Below, piece by piece: positions 26,901 to 38,998 of a stretch of 64,000 bases of DNA. The translations under genes were made by a program, and so were the position numbers. Position 1 is the first letter of the stretch, and each line of letters starts with the position of its first letter. The stretch spans positions 37,622,388-37,686,387 of the forward strand of contig NC_092670.1 of NCBI RefSeq assembly GCF_964355755.1, given 5' to 3'. The stretch is from Antedon mediterranea. Lineage: Eukaryota; Animalia; Echinodermata. A model generated the notes under the pieces. The model ran no database searches, had not been told where the DNA came from, and saw only the letters and a list, made by a program, of their open reading frames with translations.

Positions 26901-29847
26901 ACCATCACAATAGCATTCAACATAATCCATACACCAAGCAATGATACACCATCGCAATAGCATTCAACATAATCCATACACCAAGCAATGATACACCATC
27001 ACAATAGCATTCAACATAATCCATACACCAAGCAATGATACACCATCACAATAGCATTCAACATAATCCATACACCAAGCAATGATACACCATCACAATA
27101 GCATTCAACATAATCCATACACCACCAAGCAATGATACACCATCACAATAGCATTCAACATAATCCATACACCAAGCAATAATACACCATCACAATAGCA
27201 TTCAACATAATCCATACACCAAGCAATGATACACCATCACAATAGCATTCAACATAATCCATACACCAAGCAATGATACACCATCGCAATAGCATTCAAC
27301 ATAATCCATACACCAAGCAATGATACACCATCACAATAGCATTCAACATAATCCATACACCAAGCAATGATACACCATCACAATAGCATTCAACATAATC
27401 CATACACCAAGCAATGATACACCATCACAATAGCATTCAACATAATCCATACACCAAGCAATGATACACCATCACAATAGCATTCAACATAATCCATACA
27501 CCAAGCAATAATACACCATCACAATAGCATTCAACATAATCCATACACCAAGCAATGATACACCATCACAATAGCATTCAACATAATCCATACACCAAGC
27601 AATGATACACCATAATCACAATAGCATTCAACATAATCCATACACCAAGCAATGATACACCATCACAATAGCATTCAACATAATCCATACACCAAGCAAT
27701 GATACACCATCACAATAGCATTCAACATAATCCATACACCAAGCAATGATACACCATCGCAATAGCATTCAACATAATCCATACACCAAGCAATGATACA
27801 CCATCGCAATAGCATTCAACATAATCCATACACCAAGCAATGATACACCATCGCAATAGCATTCAACATAATCCATACACCAAGCAATAATACACCATCG
27901 CAATAGCATTCAACATAATCCATACACCAAGCAATGATACACCATCACAATAGCATTCAACATAATCCATACACCAAGCAATGATACACCATCGCAATAG
28001 CATTCAACATAATCCATACACCAAGCAATGATACACCATCACAATAGCATTCAACATAATCCATACACCAAGCAATAATACACCATCACAATAGCATTCA
28101 ATATAATCCATACACCAAGCAATGATACACCATCACAATAGCATTCAACATAATCCATACACCAAGCAATGATACACCATCACAATAGCATTCAACATAA
28201 TCCATACACCAAGCAATGATACACCATCACAATAGCATTCAACATAATCCATACACCAAGCAATGATACACCATCACAATAGAGAGAAATGGCGAACCGG
28301 CGTCTAAAATCCGAGTGGGTATAAAATCATAACAAACCGTTGAGGGCGGCACATTTCCTATGTTTATACACGGGAATATGGCGTCGTCTAACCAATGTTG
28401 TTGCTGTAACGCTCATAATTCTTGTTATGTATAAAAGTCATCCATCATTCACAATCATATTCCTAAAAATATCTCATATCTGTAGGTCTACATTAGACTA
28501 GGCCTATAATATTATAGTAGAATGGTGTTATCAAGTATTCATTACTGGCGATAGCCCCCTGCAGGAAGGAAGCATCACTAGCCACATAACAAAATGGCAG
28601 TTGTCAAGCTGAAACTAATGCTAGGCCTACATCTACTAGAGATGCTCTATTTAGTCTTACTACCTAGCTAGGAGAGGCTTAGCAGCACCCTAGCTAAAGT
28701 AGTAGTAGTAGTAGTAGTACAGTATGCAATAACGAATTTCCAATATTATTATTGTTAGTGTTATTATTATTATTATAATAACCGATAATCCGTGCTAGGC
28801 TCGAGTACTCGAGGTACTACAGCATATACAGGCCAACTATCTAGGGCCTAGAGCTGGGTACAGTATATAACAAAAACGCGTCTTAATTCAATCCAAATTA
28901 AAATAAAATATGTTAAGATTTGCCCATATAACATTAAAATCGTTAAGGGGTTGCAAAAAAAAAAAGATACTGCTATTATGTGTGTTTTAAACGTTCTTTT
29001 CTACCTACTTTTTTAACTCAACCCATCGGAATTTCCCATACAAAAACATGTGGCGAAATGGTTTGTTTACAATCTATACCCACTCGGTGAAATTTGAGTG
29101 ACGTCATCGCGGTTCGCCATTTCTCTCTATAGCATTCAACATAATCCATAAACCAAGCAATGATACACCATCACAATAGCATTCAACATAATCCATAAAC
29201 CAAGCAATGATACACCATCGCAATAGCATTCAACATAATCCATACACCAAGCAATGATACACCATCACAATAGCATTCAACATAATCCATACACCAAGCA
29301 ATGATACACCATCACAATAGCATTCAACATAATCCATAAACCAAGCAATGATACACCATCGCAATAGCATTCAACATAATCCATACACCAAGCAATGATA
29401 CACCATCACAATAGCATTCAACATAATCCATACACCAAGCAATGATACACCATCACAATAGCATTCAACATAATCCATACACCAAGCAATGATACACCAT
29501 CGCAATAGCATTCAACATAATCCATACACCAAGCAATGATACACCATCACAATAGCATTCAACATAATCCATACACCAAGCAATGATACACCATCGCAAT
29601 AGCATTCAACATAATCCATACACCAAGCAATGATACACCATCACAATAGCATTCAACATAATCCATACACCAAGCAATGATACACCATCGCAATAGCATT
29701 CAACATAATCCATACACCAAGCAATGATACACCATCGCAATAGCATTCAACATAATCCATACACCAAGCAATGATACACCATCACAATAGCATTCAACAT
29801 AATCCATACACCAAGCAATGATACACCATCATCACAATAGCATTCAA
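23904..29847 (+). repeat. 47-bp satellite array (CAACATAATCCATACACCAAGCAATGATACACCATCACAATAGCATT), roughly 93 + 15 copies, interrupted at 28281-29128
   Basis: Period 47 (23951 to 23998); near-identical units with no spacers. Confidence 0.97.
28281..29128. mobile_element. 848-bp non-autonomous TIR element with AT target duplication (ISL2EU/PIF-like) inserted in the satellite
   Basis: AT|AGAGAGAAATGGCGAACCG ... CGGTTCGCCATTTCTCTCT|AT; subterminal inverted CCGAGTGGGTATA; the host repeat unit defines the empty site. Confidence 0.9.
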
Positions 29848-30707
29848 TATTGCAACATTAATTATGTCATGAGAACTTCCTGATGACATAATGTCATAAT
29901 ATTGAATCATTTCTGAGGATTACATAATTAATGTTAAAACATTAATGATGATAATGTGATAATATTGACGGTTGTTGCATGTAGTTTATTTCTTGGAATA
30001 TGTGCTTATTCTTATTAACAATCAAATCATTGAACGTACACCATCTCTTTATTTTATTAATTTCATAGCTAAAGATACAATTTGCATTTCAAACGTTTTC
30101 TACCATACGACGACGAGTTAAAAATGTAATTATTCCAGATATACATGCATTGTATGGTGATTATTCATGCATGCAATCTACACTGGTTACTCATAATGCA
30201 GTTATTATAATGAATCGTCTTTTCCATGAGACTAGAAGACTCTAGTACCATACTAATCGATAATTTTTAAGGAAACCTCACAATATATAAGAACGAGGAA
30301 GTTATTTTTATTGGTAGTACTGTGTGTTTATGCAAATATGTATGTGTTTTTACAAGGGCAGCCTAATCAGGGCCCTGGGCATCTATAAAGTATGTTATCT
30401 ACAATGTAGGGAATGGCTGCTCACACATCGTGAAGTGTGTCTTTAAGTATACTAAACAATTAACCATCTGGTCTCTTTAATGATATCAACATTATACATG
30501 GTCAAGGTTTATTTGATATTCTAGTCCAGGAAAAATGTTTAGTACAAGATTAATTTTATTGGAGAGTTTAGTATAATTAATACCAAGCAATCTACAAAAT
30601 TATCTCCACTAATATGCACAGGAAATATGTTTTACCTTATTGTATTCATATCTGATGCTAGCAGGTTATAACTTCACTAACAAGTACATCGTTTTTATTT
30701 TCTACAG

Positions 30708-30776
30708 GTTGCAGATACTTCAACAATGTTAGCCTGGATATCTGCAATTCAAGCCAACAACAATCCTGACGATGAT
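30708..30776 (+). CDS. ARHGAP21: RhoGAP exon, PH C-terminal helix (VADTSTMLAWISAIQANNNPDDD)
   Basis: ttttctacag| ... gat|gtaagt; 69 nt, phase 0; MLAWI carries the invariant PH tryptophan; branch-like actaac upstream. Confidence 0.92.
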
Positions 30777-30868
30777 GTAAGTGTCATGCCTAGCTAGCTT
30801 CTTGCGATGAGTACACAGTTTTCATACCACCTACATTCAGATTCACTTTCTTTAAAAAAATATTTTAT

Positions 30869-31084
30869 GGTATAGTTGGATAGCCGAGTAGTTGGGACAC
30901 TTGACTGTCATACAGAAAAATCCCAGTGTTCAATTCCCCAATAAGAACAATTCCTAGTTCACTCAGCTGTAAATGAGTACCTGGTTTGAACAAATCGGGA
31001 GGATAAGGCAACTGGAAGGAAAGGAACTGCTCCTAACAGCTCATTTTCCTATGTTCAGATTGAACACAGGATTTACCTTTACCC
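30869..31084 (+). mobile_element. tRNA-derived SINE with TTTACC tail (RTE-partner-like)
   Basis: TAGCCGAGTAG A-box-like and GTTCAATTCC B box; CACTCAGCTGTAAATGAGTACC core; TTTACCTTTACC end. Confidence 0.55.
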
Positions 31085-31287
31085 AATTGTTTGGTAAATA
31101 TACCATGGCTAATCAGATGTCATGGAGTTACAGTATGTGATATACAAATATACTGTAGTATTATTTGGTATGAGAGTTAATCATCAAGGATAAAAAATGC
31201 CATGTGATAATGTACAGTAAAGCATAAACAAAATATTAATTATTTAATTACACATTTAATTACACTACATTATTTTTTATTTAATAG

Positions 31288-31471
31288 AAGGGCGTAGTTA
31301 GCGAGGAATTGATATTACGCAAGACACAGCAGCATCAGGAGAAGATGGATCCCCAAGCCTTAGCGGTGCCACCAGAGAAGAAACAGCAACTGTCACCAGG
31401 ACCCATACGAAAGAAGTTTGGTGGAAGAAGTTCCTCTCCGACAATGCCACAACATTCTAAGAAGCCTGCTG
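31288..31471 (+). CDS. ARHGAP21: RhoGAP exon, PH-GAP linker (KGVVSEELILRKTQQHQ...KKPA)
   Basis: taatag|aag acceptor (NAGNAG); donor g|gtaaag at 31472 or g|gtagag at 31478, both phase 1. Confidence 0.82.
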
Positions 31472-32575
31472 GTAAAGGTAGAGACAACAATTTACCATGA
31501 TTTGTAATTATAGCACTATATGTCCAGTGTGACATAGGCTTATGCATAAATTTCAAATGTGGTTGCTAACAACAGATGATAAGGCCACGCCCACCTGCTG
31601 AATCATTCGATATTCATTAGAATTGTTTGTCCTTTGCTCTAACATGCTCTAAAAGTATGATACATCTGATGACATGTTTTTAGTATGAAAATAGTTTATT
31701 TTTATACAAAATAATAATAATAAATTTGGACTTTTAGACGCATAATGCATAAAGCCTCTATGAATGCAATTGTATTTAAACAGATAACAAAAATGCAATT
31801 GTATTAAAATGTATATTACTATTATATACTCTATATGATGTTTGTTTGAAATAAAAGTGGGATACTCCCACATAAAGAGAAAAAAAAAATAAAGCCTCTA
31901 TGCGCTTGTTCACATAAAAATAAAAGTAATCCATAAATAAAATAAAAAAAGAGCAATTAAAAATGAAAGTGACAGGCTGAAAAATATGGAAGAATTTGAT
32001 CCAAATTTTTAAATGGTTTGATGACACAACTTTCATTTCTTTCCGTGAAAACCATTTACCTAGAATGGTCACTACATGTTCTGTTTTTAAAAGGCATTAC
32101 TTTGGCCAATTCTGAGAACAATGACAGAAATTCTTTGTATCTGTTAAGCCCAGAGAAAGTGGAACAAATTATTTATTCTTTGCACAATGGTCTGTTAATC
32201 TTCCTCCTCTCATTTGAGAGATTTCCTCCTGCTGGTCACATGTTCTAATACGATTGTCTCACGTATCGTTTTTTTGAGTCGATAACGGAATAGATCCGGC
32301 AGTGTAATTAATAATTAGCCTACTTGAATAAAGTAAGGTTTCAAATAATAACAATGCACCTGTTATCAATGTGAGATAAATTATAAAATCATACTGTATT
32401 ACTGTATGTCATCACTCAGTGTTCATTTTAACTTTTTTTAATCTGTTTGAGAATTTTTACTTTTCTATTCCTCTTTGTGTTTGAATGTCGTCTATATTTT
32501 CTATTGTTGTTAGAGCTACCTTTGTAAAACAAAGTTGAATAAATAAATAAATAAATAAATAAATGTTGATATAAA

Positions 32576-32710
32576 GTTTGCGGTACACCACATATATTAG
32601 TTCTGAAACGAACTGTTGAGTTTCCTGACGTTTCGATCAATATGCTTTGATCGTCCTTACTCCTGAGGACTATCAAAGCATAGATCAACATTTGATTTCG
32701 CCATGCAAAC
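32576..32710. mobile_element. Inverted-repeat remnant with degenerate hammerhead-like cores (Penelope-like pseudo-LTR)
   Basis: GATCAATATGCTTTGATCGTCCT is inverted against AGGACTATCAAAGCATAGATC; CTGAGGA on + and GAAACGTC on -. Confidence 0.5.
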
Positions 32711-32875
32711 CTTCAAATAATAAATAAATAAATATATAAATTATTGACAATGTAATCAGAAAATAGGAGTTATAATAATGTTATGTTAGGCTTATATTTT
32801 ATGTAAGCAAACCTTTAATTTATTTTCTCCTATATTCATTGATATAATTATAAATATATGATCATTATTTTGCAG

Positions 32876-33039
32876 AGGAATCAGTTCCACGTAGCAAACC
32901 CAACCAGAAATGGACTGGTAAAATGGTACATAGATTTAAAAAGATTAGCTCAGCAAATCAATTGATAGATGATACACCTGCAAAAGCTGCAACGTTTGGA
33001 GTATTATTAGAAGACTGCCCTCTATCTCCATTCACAGAG
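32876..33039 (+). CDS. ARHGAP21: RhoGAP exon, start of RhoGAP domain (...AATFGVLLEDCPLSPFTE)
   Basis: ttttgcag| ... gag|gtaagt; TFGV.LEDCP motif. Confidence 0.92.
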
Positions 33040-33051
33040 GTAAGTTCATTA

Positions 33052-33211
33052 AGCTCTGTCTACACTATCAAACTAGTTTGACAAAAAAAGTGTGATGTGC
33101 CCAAATATGGTAGTGATGTGCACGAATATGGTAGTGATGTGATATCATCATGTCCATATATGGGCACATCACATTTTTTGTCGCATAAAGTTTGATAGTG
33201 TAGACAAGGCT
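33052..33211 (+). mobile_element. MITE family A, full copy 12 nt downstream of a splice donor
   Basis: TTA|AGCTCTGTCTACAC ... GTGTAGACAAGGCT|TTA. Confidence 0.9.
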
Positions 33212-33375
33212 TTACATGAACAATGAGTGGATTTTCAGTGCATATCTTGTCTTGTGGTTTGTGGGCTAAAAAATAATTTTATTGAAAACTTTCAAACACT
33301 GTTTTCTCGTAAACTATTTGAATGATTTGTAAGTTATAAAAACTTTCCTAATATTTAACATTCCAAAGGCAAATA

Positions 33376-33717
33376 ACTGAAAAAATGACAATGCTGTGGG
33401 TATCAGTGGCTGGATCTCAATAGAGATACAAAATAAAATAAGCACTGAAAAAATGAAAATGCTGTGGGCATCAGTGGCTGGATCTCAATAGAGATACAAA
33501 ATAAAATAAGCACTGAAAAAATAAAAATGCTGTGGGCATCAGTGGCTGGTTCTCAATAGAGATAAAAAATAAAATAAGCACTGAAAAAATGACAATGCTG
33601 TGGGCATCAGTGGCTGGATCTCAATAGAGATAAAAAATAAAATAAGCACTGAAAAAATGACAATGCTGTGAGCATCAGTGGCTGGATCTCAATAGAGATA
33701 CAAATACAATTAAGCAC
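33376..33717 (+). repeat. 68-bp minisatellite, 5 copies
   Basis: CACTGAAAAAAT recurs at 33443, 33511, 33579 and 33647. Confidence 0.9.
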
Positions 33718-33863
33718 AAAGTTAAATTGCAGAGCTTTTGGACAATACTATCCCTTCCTCAGTGTATTCTTTGATATATATATATATAAAAATACAAAAT
33801 TTCAAAAGGTTTTGTCTGGTCACATCTTTTCTTCTGTACTTAATTTCTCTTTTTATCTTTTAG

Positions 33864-34016
33864 TTTGTTCCAGCTGTAGTGTTTGCTTGTTGTACAATAG
33901 TTGAGGAGCGAGGACTTGATACAATCGGTATTTACCGTGTACCTGGAAATAACGCTGGCGTATCTCAACTAAAGGATTACCTTGATCAGGGAAATGAAAT
34001 TAACCTGGAGGATGAA
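33864..34016 (+). CDS. ARHGAP21: RhoGAP exon with catalytic arginine finger ([32 protein letters not shown]...EDE)
   Basis: cttttag| ... gaa|gtaagt; 153 nt, phase 0; [14 protein letters not shown] motif. Confidence 0.95.
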
Positions 34017-34283
34017 GTAAGTAGTCTTTCCTTATCATAATCGTCATCAATATCATAATTAAGTTAATTTGAGAACCTCAGCTAATTCAAATTAGTTATT
34101 AAATTCATCATCCTGTTGGTGCAGTACCCACTGTCTACTAGTGCTTGAATATATAACTAGCCATCAGTGAAAGCTCTATGGTCTAGAGGTAAGAACGCCA
34201 GGCTGGTGATCTGGAGGTCGTTTGTCCCACCAGAGAATTACTTGCAAATTTTTTCCAAAATATTCTCAAATTGACTTCAATAA

Positions 34284-34448
34284 AGGTTCTTTCACACCTG
34301 TTCTGGCACGGTTCCGTTCCAGCGAATAGAACTGCAATGTTTCGTTTTCACGATGCTCCATGCAGATATGTACCCATCGATAAAAATGAAACATTGACAA
34401 TCGATTGGAGATTTGCCGTGCCGGACTGGAACAGGTATGAAACGCCCT
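34284..34448. mobile_element. Harbinger-like MITE
   Basis: AGGTTCTTTCACACCTGTTC ... GAACAGGTATGAAACGCCCT imperfect TIRs with TWA flanks. Confidence 0.55.
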
Positions 34449-34606
34449 TTAAAGATGCAGCAAATACAGTATATTATAGCAAACATCTGTTGTCTTCAAC
34501 CTGATCAATCATCAAATATCATCCTTATCTAAATCATAATCATTATCTTTATCAAAGTTTACAATATTTTGTAGTAACCATATTTTGTACAATTCCTAAC
34601 ACACAG

Positions 34607-35111
34607 CGTTGGCATGATGTACATGTGATAAGCAGTTTGCTGAAACTATTCTTCCGTAAGCTTCCACATCCTATCATCCCAAAACATCAATACAAACATT
34701 TTATTGAAGCAAATCGCACCGAAGAACCTGTCAAACGTATGTGGGCGCTACGTCAACAGATCCATGAATTACCAGATTACCATTACCAAACTTTCAAGTT
34801 TGTGGCATACCATTTAAAAGCTATTGCAGCAAATAACGATATCAACAAAATGGAAGCTAGGAATCTTGCGATTGTATTTGGACCGACTTTAATCAAATCC
34901 GCCGACGATAGTATGGTGGCAATGGTGACCGATATGTCTGATCAATGTCGTATTGTAGAGACAGTGATACTTCATTGTGATTGGTTCTTTTGCGATGATA
35001 CCGATAGTCAAGATATGTTATCGGTGGATACGTTACCAGCATCTGAGGGGGTACAAGGAGTACCAGACGTTAATCTGTTACTGAGCAAGATGAGGAAAGA
35101 AGATGGATCAG
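34607..35111 (+). CDS. ARHGAP21: RhoGAP exon, core of RhoGAP domain (RWHDVHVISSLLKLFFRKLP...NKMEARNLAIVFGPTL...HCDWFF)
   Basis: acacag| acceptor and cag|gtaaga donor (phase 1); canonical RhoGAP motifs. Confidence 0.95.
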
Positions 35112-35305
35112 GTAAGACAAAATACTGCTGCCCCAGATCCTACCCCTCTCCCACTTCCCCAACTACAGGGCAGTTTTCAAACCTCTACAGTACAATTCCG
35201 CTCATTTTCCCTTATCCCCAATCTCTCATTCAACATCATTGTCTAAACTACAGAATAGGATATCTAGATATTTTGAGTTAAATGTTATTATTTTGTTCTT
35301 AAAAG

Positions 35306-37113
35306 GTGAATCTGGCAGTGACTCTTCAAAAACCAAAGGAAGTAGAAAACAAAGAAAGCATAGAAAAGCCACGGCAATTTCCGAAGACAGCGATAGCGAA
35401 TTTGGATTTGCCGACATGCTTGGTGTACAAAGTCGAGCTATGCAATTGCAAAAAGAACGTAATGAATACACAGAACAATATGGCTCTACCGGTGACTTTA
35501 TTGCTGGCAGTGTACGCCCCCGCGGTGGTGGTGTAATTAATCGTAAAGATAGTTACTCGTCTATGAAAAGCGCAGAAAGTTCTACGGATACAAGGTCGGC
35601 AAAAGAGAGCGAAGGTTTGTCTGACACGGAAGAGCCAGTCATGACATACGCTGTTGCACGTGAACAATATCGTAAAAACCATTTACCTTATTATACAAGA
35701 CAGCCTTCTTGGACGCGTAGAAAGTTATCAGATACGTCAGATAATAGCCAGGTTTCCTTACCTAGGACTGGAGGCTTATTGCGAAGTCAAGAGCCTCATC
35801 TAACAAGTGGTTGGATAAGCGGAGAGGGAGAATGGAAGCAGATGTATGCTAGAGAAAGAGAAAGAATTGAACGAGAACATGCAATAGCATTAGAGGATTT
35901 ACAAACGGAAGATAAAGTTGCCGTTGAAGATTTATATCGCGGGAAAGACTACCTAAAAGAAATTTCCGCTGTTTCAAATAAAATTATTTCGGGCTTTCCG
36001 GTACCCGATGATTATGATGACTCGGCTGCTTATCATATCCAAAGAAAAATGCAGCCTGACGCAACGTCAGTTACGTCTGATTACGGAACTATGTCATCAA
36101 CAAAGACGACAGCCATGACCCCTGAACTACGTCATAAAAGTGTGCGCGAACACAGAACTGCATCACCGTCCACTCTGAAAAAACTGAGGGCGACTAACTC
36201 TTTAGCAATGGGTGAATTGGACAGTGAATTTGTTAAGAGCATGACCGAACATTTTGATGAACGACTTAGAAAATTACTTGACCCAGATTACGAAGAGAGC
36301 GATAGCGATTCAGGTCGCGAAGGTGGGAAGAAGTCGCGCATCCCTCAAAGGTCATGGGAACACGAGTTTTATCGCAATGATTTTGGTCGAAATAATAATA
36401 ATTCATTTTTGATGGATAAAGCTATGACTCGTGAACAACGTTTGCAGGAAGTGAAAAAGATTTCTATGTCAAATTCAACAACAAATAGACCGCACCCAAT
36501 CTACATAAAACAAAACAATAAAGAAGCTGCTTATAGAACTCAGAGTGCTTCAAAGACGACGCCGTCTTCTCCGCGTAAGGTCAGTCGTATCGAGGTGACA
36601 GTCACGATGGAAAAACGTGATCGCGTTAAACAAAATTCTCACCAGTCAATGAATAAAGACACTGTTAAACCTAGTAACCGAAATCAAGTATCGTCAAAGC
36701 AGCTGAAACGACAATCCAAAGACACGTCCTCTATCAAGCGCGAACGAAAGGACCAACGCGAAAACCGCCGTCGTCGTCACACTGTCGGCGGTAATAAAGA
36801 CTTTCCAGATTTTAACAAAATAATGGAATATTCAAATCGGGAGAATTTGAATGTGTCGAAACGTAGTGCTATGGATCAGTTGAAGCCTTCCACATTAAAA
36901 CCTAAAGATTTAACAACATGGATTGAGCAAGAACGATTACGCAATAGTAGTCCAAATTTAGCAAACACTGCTGCTGAAGAAAAGAAACGAAAACGGCAGG
37001 AAAAAATAATTCGTAGACGTAGCTCTCCAGCGGATCTACTAGCGAGTAATTGGCTTAGTATCGTAAAACCGAGTAATGATGTTCATTTGTATGAAATAGA
37101 ATCATATTTGTAG
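35306..37113 (+). CDS. ARHGAP21: RhoGAP terminal coding exon (long disordered C-terminus with RRRRHTVGG motif), stop TAG
   Basis: ttcttaaaag|gt acceptor matches phase 1; ORF 35239-37113; RRHT(L/V)GG is found in ARHGAP21-type C-termini. Confidence 0.9.
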
Positions 37114-37592
37114 ATCTGTGGAAGAAAGAAAAATAACTCATTTCAATTTTTATATTGTAACATTAAGAGTAATTTTCATATATTTCCCTTTCTTAGTCAG
37201 TTTGTACTTGGGAGGATGTTCAGACCCAGTGCTTAAATAAAGCATACCTACAAATATAGAAAGCCATCTTGGGGGTCAGAGTTCAAATGTGTGGGTAGCA
37301 AGAGCAGTAAAAAATGGAGGATATACAAAGAAGCTTCATAGGTTCATGTGGGAATGGCTAGGCCTGAAAAATCAAAAGTCAACTACCTGTACATCATTGT
37401 TCACCAAAACAAGATATGTACACACTAGGCTATGATGCCTCTTCATTTCTATGCTTCCCAGCCTTAGTATCGGTGTAAATTTCACATCCCTGTCATGTCA
37501 TACCATACCTTGTTAAGACCTATCAATCTGAAACTAGCGTAAGTTAGTTCACTCTTGTTCAGACAGCATGACTCTTGACCCATTGGTGGATA

Positions 37593-37772
37593 CAGTCAAC
37601 TCTGCCAATACTGGACACCTGGTCAACTCTGGCCTAAATATGTGTCTGGTTTTCCAGAAATTCAGTTTTTTTCAAATGTGTTTTTAATGGTAAAAAAAGA
37701 ATTTAGGACCTTTTGCACCTCAAGAAAAGTCTGGTTTTGTGGTTGATAGTCCGGTATTGGGAAAGTTAACTG
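37593..37772 (+). mobile_element. MITE family D copy (in putative 3' UTR)
   Basis: TA|CAGTCAACTCTGCCAATAC ... GTATTGGGAAAGTTAACTG|TA. Confidence 0.8.
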
Positions 37773-38543
37773 TATAAATTAGTACCCTTTTCACATGACC
37801 TAGCAAAAATCTGGAGTTTACACTCCAAAGTTTTTCTAGGTATGCACTTTTAGTCTGAACATACCCTAAGTATCATGTTATAGTTGTCAGCTTAAAGTTT
37901 GCAGGTTACGTAAGACTTGCCTATGTTTGAGATTTGTGCATAATTTTGTAACATTTATTGTACCACTGTCGAAAATGTACAATTCACTAGGATATGCTTT
38001 ACATTAAAAAGCCTAAGAATTTGATCAATGCTTTCAATGTGAACTTCATTTTTAAATCATATACCATTTATATAAAAATAATTTGTATGATGGAACGATA
38101 ATTTTGTAATGACTTTAAAAAAGAATTGGACATAATGTTCTATTGCCCAAGTATAAAACTAATTGTAAATTATTTAATTTTAATTTATGAAATCATTATT
38201 GGCTAAATAAGGAGCTTTTGATTTGTAATAACCTAGAACATAATTATGCATTTGTCCAAGTCGCCATCTAGATCACTAAAATCAATTTCAATATTTTGGC
38301 GATGGACGTACACACAAAAATGCGAATGTCTGTGATAGCAGAATCCAGTGTCATCACCTGGACCTAGATTTGACAAAAATCGAATCAGACTACTTGACAA
38401 AAATTGCCAAACCAAACTCATGTATGCGAATAGTATGACATCATACTGTAAGTCGTAGCGAATAGTATGACATCATACTGTAGGTCGTAAGTCGTTGCAA
38501 GGTCAAAAGCTCGCTATTACAATTTGTGTGACAATATTTTTAA

Positions 38544-38691
38544 AGCTCTGTCTACACTATCAAAATAGTTTGACAAAAAAAGTGCGATTTGCCGAAATAT
38601 GGTATCGATATGCCCAAATGTGGTAGTGATATGACATCACCATGTCCATATATGGGCACATCACATTCAGTTTGATAGTGTAAACAAAGCT
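38544..38691 (+). mobile_element. MITE family A copy (in putative 3' UTR)
   Basis: Both TIRs and internal repeats are present. Confidence 0.85.
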
Positions 38692-38998
38692 TTATATATC
38701 AATTTGCAAGTACGGATGCCGTACCACACATTAATATTTTATCATCTACAATGTTTTGACCTTTGACCTGTTAACGACATGTTGAATAACGTAGTGTTGC
38801 ATACTATGTAATGTAAGTAACGCAGAGAGTGGAAATATTATTTTTGTTTGTAATGAAAACTTTTTTTTTATCTATTTACAAATTTTAGTTTATCAGAGGT
38901 TTTTGTTCTCCCGTACTGGTCCATATTTAATATGCAAATTAAGTTTGGTGCTTACTCAATAATCTGATTTTTTTTTTTATTACCTTTGTGACTATTAT

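Noticed and set aside
23904-29847. CRISPR array
   Set aside because: Units are directly adjacent with no unique spacers, no cas genes are present, and the context is a eukaryotic intron.
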